A DNA stretch of 53,081 nt, filler included, from Catajapyx aquilonaris (taxonomy: Eukaryota): NCBI GenBank assembly GCA_000934665.2. It is 2 parts of 2 records of this genome, joined end to end, with 100 filler letters (N's around TTAATTAATTAA, not from the genome) between each part and the next. Parts side by side here need not be neighbours in the genome. Positions count along the whole stretch, not along the records: positions 1 to 26,499 come from JYFJ02005194.1; 1 more part is not named here. One strand, 5' to 3'. Shown in pieces: positions 1 to 10,900 of the stretch. The notes beneath the pieces were generated by a model that ran no database searches, was not told where the DNA came from, and saw nothing but the letters and a program-made list of their open reading frames with translations. Both the position numbers and the translations under genes were made by a program. Within the stretch, counting starts at the first letter, position 1, and the number at the start of each line of letters is the position of its first letter.

Positions 1-2
1 CG

Positions 3-596
3 ACCCAACACTCCCTCATACCCCGGGCGAGAGACACCCACCCAAGAATTAAAATCCCCTGCAAGAATTATCCTGTCATTACCACTGAACCCATCCAGCA
101 CAGCACTTAAGCTATCCCAGAACCTCTCCTTATCCTCATCTGGAGATGAGTCAACTGGTGCATACACAGCCACAACCACAATCCTAGTCTTAACCACCTT
201 CAGACTCACCCACATTATTCTCTCACTAACCTGACTATATCCTTTCACACAGTGCACCAGCTTAGGACTTATAAGTATACCAACACCTGCACAAGCCCTC
301 TCCCTTTCATCTACACCGGACCAGAAACCTGTTAGCCCATTGAAACCACCCACTGAACACCCCTTCATCTTGGTCTCAGACAAGCACATTATATCTAAAC
401 GAGCATCAACAAATGCTTTTCTAACAATATCACACTTATTATGAATCCCTCTTACATTAACAATGGAAAGTCGAACCTCTGAGTTTTTTAGTCTTTTCTT
501 ACTACCCACCCCACCTACCCCCAAACTTCGAACATTCCCAGAATCTAGGAGAGAAACTGAACTTAAATTAGTATGACTTGCGGTTCTCCCGATCAT
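3..596 (-). mobile_element. 5' part of a non-LTR retrotransposon ORF (APE-type endonuclease, RTE-like); runs off the left edge
   Basis: My translation from ATG 596 gives ...VRLSIVNVRG...LDIMCLSETK...SERIMWVSL...VAVYAP...RIILAGDFNSWVG...GYEGVLG. These are the NVRG, LSET, YAP and GDFN motifs of LINE endonucleases. Start and end are in the same frame; the ORF is missing from the track because no stop lies in the window. Confidence 0.88.
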
Positions 597-1139
597 CTCT
601 TCTCGACCAAAAAGGAAAATAACTGGAGCGAAGGTCAGGCACTCGCAGCAGGTTCCAGGCGTAACCATGGAACCCCATAAATACGATCGCCATAAAATGT
701 GGAAATGAGTATCATCAGGCTTTTAAAGCCTAACGGCCTAACATCATGTAATAAATTGTTAATGTACAAAAAATATCGCCAAAATAGAAGATCACATGAA
801 TATCCCATCTCATGTTTACTTGCATCTTTTCATTTTACTTGCAATTACCTTATACACCGTAACCTCAACTAATATTGCCCATAACAGAACTCCGTCGGCA
901 AGGAAGGCCTATAATAGCTGATGGCATAATGATAATCTACCTTCATCGCTGCAACTATGGTCATCAGATTGTAGTCTGCTGCCTAATAATTCATTTTATG
1001 CAGCTGCTGCAATAGCGCAATTATTATAATAACTCTGGTAAATTATGCTTGCAATACAGACACCAGTCAGTACGGAACGTCCAGAAGCGTCTGAAGATAA
1101 TAATTTTAAAAATATTATGCCAACCACCTGACAGAAGAT

Positions 1140-1403
1140 GAAGGCCACACGCATGCGTGACATAACTCTCCTGCCCTCACATATGCACTCATTCATACAC
1201 ACCGCCAGGCGGCGTGGTAACTACGTACAGCCTAAGGTAGTACAGCCAACATTGTTTAAAATTTTATCAATTTTTTAACAGGCTTCATTTTAAAACCAAA
1301 CCTTCTGCATCCAGGTCCACCATTAAATCCTGATTAAATCCACGTGAGACTGATCCTGCCCGATTTGGCAACCCCGCACATGGCCAACATGGCGTCTGGT
1401 TGA
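1140..1403 (+). promoter_or_regulatory. Putative BDP1 promoter / first non-coding exon region
   Basis: ACGCATGCGT (NRF1-like, ~1149), CACGTG (1341-1346) and AACATGGCG (YY1-like, 1386-1394) lie upstream of the 1718 acceptor. Motif matches only. Confidence 0.35.
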
Positions 1404-1726
1404 GAGACGTGTTTTTTTCCTTCATTTTTCTTTCCGTTCTGTCCATTCCAATATTTACCAGCCAGACCAGGAAGCACTGGCAGATCAGCCCTGTGAGGAC
1501 CACAAGATTCGGAAGAAGACCCACAGGAGGTGAATGGGTAACAAAAGAGATTAAACTGACCTGATTTTAAGCATTTTGTACCTTACATCACTTGGGTTTT
1601 TATCAGGAAATAGTATTTATTGCTGGATAGTTGCCATCTTCTGCTCTATCTGGTTGATGGTGTGTCCTTTAGCATCTGTGAGGGCAACCAGACGTAACAG
1701 TTTTCATTTTCACATAGGTGGACACC

Positions 1727-4700
1727 ATGGCTACCAGGAGGCCCAGAATCAGAGGGGTCGTGAACCTGTTTGGATGTAGGGCAAGACCCAAGTTGGAAGT
1801 TGAGAGTGATGCACCTTCTGAGCCCAGCCAAGATGTGAAACCAGTTGTGGTCAAAGTGTCGGGAAGCCAAGAACATGCCAAGGCTGCAGAAGTGGTGCCG
1901 ACCGTGACACGACGCAGCCGCCTTAATCGGCCCATTATTAAGGTGCGACCAAGGATTTCTGCGGCGGATAAGGCGGAAGAGCAGGCTCCAGCGAATGAGC
2001 CACCTGCAGCGGAAAACCCAGATGAATCTGCAGAAACCACTAGTGAAGTGCGTATTGAGGGAAGTGAAGCGGCACCGGCGGCACCGGCGGCCCTCGCAGT
2101 CGATGCGCCCATGGAACCTTTCACATTCGATACTGTCCAAGATGTGGTGGAAGTCAGCTCAGAGCCAGAGGTGCAAGTCAAAGCTCGTCCAAGGCTGACT
2201 ATTCCTAAGCCCAATTTGAGTGAAGCTGCAACTGGTGCGAAACGGATCCCCCTGCCTAGCGAGTCACAAGCAGAAGAGCCAGCTCCACCTGCTGGTAAGG
2301 AGCCGGAACTTACCCCACTAACCCCGGTGGATGCAAGTGGCTCCAACCCACCCGACTTATCCAAATCACGGCAGCATCGTCCTGCCGGGCGGGAAAAGGA
2401 TACCCGGCTGATCCAAGCGAGGAAGGAGTTCAGAAAGAAGTTTCAAGCTGGCACACCAGAAAGAAGCAAGATGACCATGTTTGATCTCATCTACTACAAC
2501 CCATCCACCAATGCGCTTGAGTATGTGAATTTTGCTCATTTTTTGGTCCATTCATGCTGATTTTTTGAATAATTTAATACATGATAGGTTCTGGGCCATT
2601 TTAATATTGTTAACAAATCGCTGGATTGTGTGGTGAAATTTGCTTCCCTTTTAGTCAGGAATATGAACTGAAAATACTGCGTGTCTTTAGGGCATGAGTT
2701 AAGCCAAGTTTTTTAGAGCCTATTTATGGCTTGGTAAATTCTAATGAATTGAAACTTCTCAGTGTTTTACACATTGATGCATTGAATTAATTACATCATT
2801 GAATAGGCATCAGTGACAGCAATGTTGTGTGTTACATGAGAGGGAAAATGGTTATGTGACCACCTCAGGTTGCATGGTGATGTGTTTGTAACTCTGCAGA
2901 AAGTTTAAGGAATCTTACGGACTCTTCTTTTCCAGGGGAACAAATAAACCAAAGCCGGATCAGGCTGTAGCTGGAAGGCAGGACGATGCAGAAGAGAATA
3001 CGTAAGTATTGGTGGGCTAAGTGAGGGGTGCTGCTTTGGAGAATAAAACTGGATTCTCTTGGGCTGCCAATTTTCTAATGTGAAAATAATCGCAGCACTG
3101 CATCTCATGATCGGAAAGAAGCCTATTAACTATAGTAAAACTTCTATAAGTTGAACTTCCCTATGTCGAACTTCTCTATAAGTGGGGAGGTGTAGATGGC
3201 CGAGATGGTAACGTCTCGGCTTGCTGAGTGAAAGGCCCCAGGTTCGATCCCCGCCTGGGGAACTTTCCTTTCACCTGCGTCGGGAGGGTCTCTGACCTGC
3301 ACCAAGGAGGTGTCTGGCAACCTAACCTCCTGGGGGACAGCACATGACCCCTTTACCGACATTGCACTTGCACCAATGTTCCCTCCCCAAAAATCCCTAT
3401 ATCCTTACCTCATGTCCTTTCATCCTTGCACCGGAGTTAGAAGAAAAATCAGAAAATTGAAGGAAAAATGGTGGTATTCCACCCCCCTATAAGGGCCTAT
3501 GGCCCTATCACGGGGTAACGTAAAAAATAAATAATAAAAAACTTCTCTATAAGTCGAATAAAATTATGAGCTTGGTTGGTCATGATGCAAAATAATAGGA
3601 AATAAATTTCCCTACCGCGAATTTCTGTAACTCGAAGTGCAGGCAGGGCCTTACGATGGGATATCAATGCATTTTTAGTCTCCCTAAGTTGAAGTTCATG
3701 TTGGTGAGCACAGAAAATTTTCTCATTTCCCAGCCAAAGGGTCAAGCGTTAGGAAACAGCATGAATATGACTGATTGTAATATACAATATGGTGAACACA
3801 TGATAACCTAGGTATCTTTTTCAGGGTATTGAGTGAACGCTTGGAGGAGGAGGCAGTGGACGCACCCATAGCCTTGGACCAACTGGACAACCCTAACCCT
3901 GAAGGAGAAGTGGTTGAGGAAGATGAGGATGAAGGGGGTATGCCAGCTCCCAGGGTGAAGGTGGGCCCAGATGGAGAGCTCATCTTGGACGAGCAAAGCT
4001 TGGTGATTCAGACAACTGCCTCCAAGCAGGCCAAAGAGAACCTAGTAAAGTCTCCATTGGTGTATGAGTCAGGTTCCTCTATAGCCAATTACGGAGCTTA
4101 CATGAAGCGGAAGAGGTCATCGGACTGGGCGAGATGGGACACAATTCGATTCTACAAGGCTCTTAACATGGTTGGAACAGACTTCTCTATGATGCAGACT
4201 GTATTTCCAAAGAGGACCAGGGCAGAGCTGAAGGCCAAGTTCAAGAAGGAGGAAAGGGTGCACCCAACCTTGATTGAGGAGGCGCTTAAGGATGTTCGGT
4301 TTGACCCTAAGCTATTTGTAGAGGAAAATGGGGAGGAAGAGGATGAAGTTGAAGAGAGAGGGGAGGGTGAGGAAGGAAAGAAAAAGAGGAGGCGCAAAGT
4401 GAAGGATGAAGCGAAGGATTACATACCATTACTTCCCTCCAAGAAGAAGGGTTAGTGTCCAAGGCCATGCTTACATGTTGGCTATGTGCAGCAATGACCA
4501 TCGCTGCGCAATGAAACCAAATGTTAGGGGCGAAAGTAGCAATCGAATTCTAAACAATTCATTTCATTGCTGAACATCGCTGAACAAATCGCTCACATGT
4601 AAACGTGGACTAAAGCATTAAATCGCTGTTTTGGGGCCTTTTTTGAGTTGTGAAAGTGCTTGTAACATTTACTTGAGAAAAGGATGTGGGTGTGTGTGTG

Positions 4701-5443
4701 TGCATGTCTGGGTATGCTATTTTGAAGTGGTTGACAATTTCCTTCTTTCAGGCCAGACAGATGCCAAACCAGAAACACCTTGTGGACATCCGAGCGACCC
4801 AGCGGAGGCTCAGAAAGATGCTTCTGAAGACCTTGCGTTCGACCCAAATGACCCACTCTCAGCGCAGTCGAGTGGGTCAGACAACTCTCCTGTGGTAATC
4901 ATACCAGGTCAGCCAACCAGATCTGGGCGCATGCCCAAGCAGAAGAAGCCATACAGCGCAGCAGACTCGGACAAGAAGTGCCCAGTGTTGAGGGCAGCAT
5001 TGGACTCTCCTGCAAGACCACCTGCCCCTGAGACTCCTATGCAGAGGCAATCAACCCTTGAGCAGACTCCACCAAGCTCACCTCCTTCTGCACAATTTCA
5101 TCCAGAACTGCCTGCCCAAGGCCAGTCTACCCCCATACCATTTGTCCCGAACGTGCCCTCACCAGATGTGCAGGAGGCAATTCGTACAGCTGTCAGGAAC
5201 AATCCAGGATTGTCTGCTGTTAGACCTGGAAGTGTGGTGATTGTGACTGGTCCATCCCCTAATAGGCCGAACCACCAGCTCTTCCAGCTCTACGTGGTGA
5301 CCTCTGCTGAGAGAAGAGACACCGATGGTGCTGAGCAGGAGCCTGTGCCAGGGACCAGTCACAACACGACCATGGAGACCATGCCACTGGGGATCCTTCC
5401 ACCTTACTGTGTGCCTCTTGATCCTTCTCAGGGACCAAGTTGA
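1727..5443 (+). CDS. BDP1: TFIIIB component B-double-prime (BDP1), join(1727..2520,2936..3001,3825..4450,4752..5443), 725 aa
   Basis: Motifs MTMFDLIYYNP and APRVKVGPDGELILDEQSLVI, plus the SANT/Myb domain WARWDTIRFYKALNMVGTDFSMMQTVFPKRTRAELKAKFKKEER. All introns are GT-AG with consistent phases (2,2,1). Start context caccATGG follows an acceptor AG at 1716-1717. Confidence 0.92.
3184..3539 (+). mobile_element. tRNA-derived SINE copy 1, in a BDP1 intron
   Basis: A-box TGGCCGAGATGG, B-box GGTTCGATCCC, A-rich tail, 15-bp TSD AACTTCTCTATAAGT (3169-3183 / 3540-3554). Homologous to copies at 24.3-24.6, 25.2-25.6 and 26.6 kb. Confidence 0.92.
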
Positions 5444-7988
5444 TTGCACTGTGGTTACTGGTGAGGTGAAGGGAATTGGGTTTTTTGGATCATGGTTGTA
5501 ATTAGTTCAGGTTGCTTCTTGTATAATTACTTAAGCAATGTAACAGTGCCAGCAAGTGACTGCGGCCATTTGTTACGTAACACTTAACACCCCACATTCT
5601 CCTAGTAGTTGTTCACTTGATCCATTAATCAGTTCATGTTGATGGATATGCAATAAGCCATTTCCATAAATGCTAATGACTGGTAGAAAATAATGTCAAT
5701 ACATATTTCCTGGAATGTGGGATTTATAGTGCTTTTTAAAAGCATAATGGACCTTTCGCAGCATGAAGACAAGACTTTTCACCTGTTTTTGTATACTATA
5801 GTGATTCCTGATTATTATGAGACAACTGCAGTGTCTCATACAAAATTCTACGTACCTCTTACATCGAACTTGTGTAAAAATTTGCCTTCACATCATGTTC
5901 ATGCATATTCATATCAGTGAAGAAAATCTCATGGACTCTCACTTCCAGTAACTACCATTGTATCACCTGCAATTGTAGCAATGAGATGCACCATTGGGAA
6001 GCTAATTTAATGGGATTTCCAGCAGTGCATATAGCTATGCCCCTGATTTAAGGTGAGGTGAATGAGGTGAGCAACACAGATGATTTGTAATTCTGTAACT
6101 CATTTGCGCAGCATTTTGTAGCCTTTTGTTATATGTGTTATTCAGGGACTGGCTGTTCCATGTACAGGTCATTGGGATTGCCAAATCTTCTATCCATCAC
6201 CATAAACCCAAAAGACTACAACACTACCTCAAATTCTAGAGCACACAAAAATAATTCAATAGAAACACTGTGCGTAAGGAATCAATGTGGGGCAACTGAA
6301 AAGGTACTGTTAGCCAAACTGCATTATACTTTCTTTCCACACATGAGGAATGCTCTTCAGATAGTGGAGAATGAAAGAATGAAAGTCTACACTAATGCAG
6401 TATTTGGCCAACAGAGCATTAATTAACAATATGCAGGTTTTGTTGCATTTACTATATTGATGTGGATTTTTAGGTATCTGGCAGTCGAAACTCATGTAAT
6501 GCCAGGACAATCCCCAGATCAAGCAAAGAAATTGATCATGTTGGAAAGAGTTTGGGTTTGCATGGGTTTTCTTTGTGTTCTGTTGGGTACTATGGCAAAA
6601 TGTTGTTGCAGAGACTTTATTGCACGAAACACATGTGAAAGTGTGAGATAATATTACGCCGATAGTACCTCAAGAGCTCAGAAGTGGCTTGGTTTTGAAA
6701 GCATAATAACACTAGGAGTGACAGTGGAAGTTATTATACAGAATGGTGAAATATTGTAAGAAATTGTAATGAAACACTTATAAGAATTTGTTTTAAGAAT
6801 ATTTATACTCGTACAAATAATAATTGTACTATTTTTGTGTAAAATGAAATGTCATCAAGGTCACAAGGTGACCTGTTCGATTATTTCCATACAAGGCAAG
6901 GGTGAATGCCGTTTAATGCCAAATAGGATGTAACAATGCATCGTTTATGTTTTTTGTTATGTTTTGATTCTATCATAAAGTATTACTTGGAAAGATATTG
7001 TGGATATAATTATTGTGGATATAATTATAGTGTTAACAGTTTGCACATCTGAAAATTGACTGAAAACCTTTACAACTTTTTCACTGGTGTGAAAATATTT
7101 ATTGTGACATCTAACATGGATACAATAAAATTAATGACTTGAGTTACTTCGATTTCTCTTGTATAAAAATATTCTTACAGACACCTTCAGGTTAGCAGTG
7201 CAGTTTGAGTCAAGATATTCTGAGAAAGTACGATGCTGGATGGAAAGTTCTTGTGACTCTTTCCAGAAATATCTTACGATGGATTCCTTCTTTAAATGCT
7301 CCAGTTAAGACACATGACTTCGAAAAATACATTAAATATACCATGGTCACTGTAAGACACGATTTACAAGTACACTTTGACAATACGTAACACCTTGGTA
7401 ACACTGTCATGTGTGAATTGAGATACAATGTCCAACTGTTTTTCAGTATAATTTGTAGCAAATAAATAAATAAATTAGGCAAATCGGCTCAGCCACATTG
7501 TGAATAAAAATAATTTGCTCGAATATTTCCTTATTAGCATTTTTTATCATGGAAACTGCGTTGTGATCTTATTGCACTATTGTAGCTGTACAATGCGAGT
7601 TGGCAAAAAGATGGTGTTTCTAGAGAGAAGAATTTAATGCGCTTGTTGGATCATATCACCGTGCTGTGTATCATTCGTACACTCTGAGTAAACGAGGGTA
7701 ACTGTAAAAAAGAAAGTGGAAAAGTATCGGAAATGCCATGATCACACTTCTGTTCGTCATTAACACAACCATATCAAAGGCTTTATGTTGTGACATCCTC
7801 TCCTCATGAGAGATGTTGACTTGACTTGGGATTGTTCATGAAATCCATTATCCATGATTCTTGAATTCATCATGCCATGTTCGTCTCTCACATTCAGACA
7901 ACTGTAGATTACATACCTGACCTGAGATGGACTATGCCATACAGACAGACATTGCAACTCATTCAGTTACATTAAAATAACAGTCATT

Positions 7989-10900
7989 CTATGTTCCTAC
8001 TCTTGAGTTTTTCTGTTTTTGTACAGTGATGGATGGACTTGAGTCGTTGTTGTCTTCATCTGCAGAATTTTCAGAAGACCTAAAATGGCAATGGATAAAA
8101 TGAAACAGTAGCAATGCACGAATAATGTAAAGCATATTATTGGACCTTGAACTGGAGCTTTCGTGCATGTAACAAGAGTCGGTGTAATTGAAGGTGAGGC
8201 TGAGGTAGAGGTTTGCGTTGGACTTTTCCAGGAGCATGTCAAGCTGTTGCCTCAGCTGGATGAATCCAGGTCGGCTGGCAGGTCGGGCTTGCCAGCATGA
8301 CATCATTATATCATACCTGTTGACACTCACCAAATTTAAGCATCACTTGCATGCACAGCACCTGAATAATAAGTTGTACGAGTTGTACATACAGTTCTGA
8401 GCTGCAATTGTCTGGTCTCTCCATGCGGTACCCACTCTTCAGCATGCAAAAGAGGCTGTTTGCTGATATTCCTGGATACGGAGTGCCACCCATCGTCACG
8501 ATCTCCCACAGAAGGACTCCAAAAGACCATCTGAAATGGTGACACTCTTAATTTGAAAAATATTGAAAAATATTCAAGTTTGCCGGGCTAGGGCGCGTCC
8601 GATTACTATTGCGCATACGTGTTACGTCACAAAGTGTGACTTTGGATGCGCCCAAGATGGCCGCCACTTGTGCAAGTGATTGTGATTGATGCGAATATTT
8701 TTACAGGTTTTGCCAGTGAATTTGTGCGAATATTTTGTTGGGATTATTGCAGGCTGGCAGGCAGCACTGGAGTAAAAGGCTGAAGCGGTGAGTGCCGGGG
8801 TGAGTATTAATGTGATGTAAATATTGGGTACTCCTTGGTACTCACATGTCACTCTTTGTACTGTAGACCTGATGCATGAGTGACTCGAGAGCCATCCACT
8901 TGATGGGCAGCTTTCCACCGCTTGTCTTTCGGTACAGGTTGTACTCGTATATGTCACGGCTTAGGCCAAAGTCTGAGATCTTGACCAGTCTGCCTGGGCT
9001 GATCAGGACGTTGCGGGCTGCCAGGTCACGGTGCACTATCTTGTTTGTGGACAGGAATTCCTGTTGGGAATGCAAATAAATATTGCACACTTGCTCTTAA
9101 ATGAATAAATGTATAGGCCTATAGAATATTACCATTCCCAATGCTATCTGCCGCGCAAAGGAGAGGAGATCAGCTGGTGTCAGTTGCTCGCTGTCCTTCT
9201 CTGCGTTTTCAATGTCTGCAGCAGGGAAAGGAATGTTGGGTTTAGTAGCATCATGTTTTTTCGAATCTGATGCATGTTCCTTACTTTCTTCCAAGTCGTA
9301 CATTTGGTTTATCACTAGATTATCTAGGGACATGTGGTGGATGCTTTCCCTTGGGTCATTTGAGCTGGCTGAAAAGTGAGTCCGCATAAGAATGCAAATC
9401 ATATTCTTTGATATACGTCAGGTTGTGTATGATAATGATGATAAATAATAATGATAAAGTAACAAGTAATAAAGTTTATTAGCGCGTGGGAGATTATGTG
9501 GCGGTGGTATTGCAGACTGACGTTTTATGAAATAACAATACTATATATATTTTTAAATTTCAAGGGGGTGGGTTCATCAAATTTCGTAAGTCAAATTTTG
9601 GTCGTAACCAGTCTTAACTATAGTTAGTTAATTATTAGTAACTATGGTTACTACCCACACCCTGGTATCAAGGTGCACGGCAGTGCACCCCGCCAAGTCC
9701 TCACTCCACCTCACTCCACACCACACACACAGTCTACATTTCGACACATCACCTACTGCCACTTGTCATGTAACCAGGCAACCAAATCAACATGCACTGC
9801 TGTGGACCTTTTACTCTACCCACTTCGTATACTACATTTCACCTCCTTCCAGCTCAGCTCGGGAAAACGCTGGAGATCTGAGCTTTACAAAATAGAATGG
9901 CTAGGGCCCGGGGACCCTACAAAAAAATATTCATAATTTTGCGACAAAAGGTTCTCGAGATATAAAGTCTCAAAAAAGGCCATCTTTCTTCCAATAATAT
10001 ATGATGATACATATATAGGTGGTGATAATCAAATTGATCATGTACTTACAGCTATCATAGAGACACCAAATTTGGCATAAAGATAGGTTGCGGTCTGGGA
10101 CACTAGGGAAAAGTCCGAAACTGGAACTCGATCATCTAGATTCTAGATGGCGGGCATTTCGAGTCTTAAAAAAATCGTAAATCAGCCATTACTGATCGCA
10201 GAGACATAATGGAAACTGATCTGAAATCCTCAAAACAAGGGCTACTACTTAATATATGAACATTAGGAATAGGCCATCTTGATTCGAGATGCCAGCTTTT
10301 TAATAACTTTAAGCAGCCATTATTGATCAGGAGAGACAAAATGGAATCGTATGGAAATCGCAAACCAAGGGGAACAACTCCACAAATAAAAATTATTAGG
10401 CACCAGACAACTTACGACATGTATTAGAAAGAGAAAAAAAAACATTGCATCTAAGCCATTGTTGATCGATTGTTGATGAACTAACAATTGATTTCATTAC
10501 TAACATTGCTGATTGATTGTTGATGCACTAACAATCGATCTGATTATTAGCATTGTTGATCGATTGCTGATCGATTGTTGATTAACTAACAATAAAATAA
10601 TGAGACAGCAAAATAATAGTGAATTTGTGCTTTACCGTGTACGTTTGGGAATAATTTCCAATAACGATATCCAGGTAGCCTACTTCTCAGAGACTCGTGA
10701 ATATCACGTCGACTGATCCTACTGGCTGATTCGATCAACTTACGAGGCAATTATCCAGCCTGCAGAAGATGCAATATTTTTTGATTGCTGCCAACCAACC
10801 ACATTGTGCAAAGCCTTACATAAAGCCATACTTGAAGCTATAAACTCTCCTGAGATCATCCTGGAAGCTGAGGACTCGTTGGACTGTCCCAGATCTATGC

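Noticed and set aside
1646..2364. Long minus-strand ORFs (164 and 231 aa)
   Set aside because: Antisense shadows of the GC-rich, low-complexity BDP1 exon.
3184..3262. tRNA gene
   Set aside because: A and B boxes are present but there is no acceptor stem or cloverleaf, and the head is followed by a shared body, tail and TSDs, so it is a SINE.
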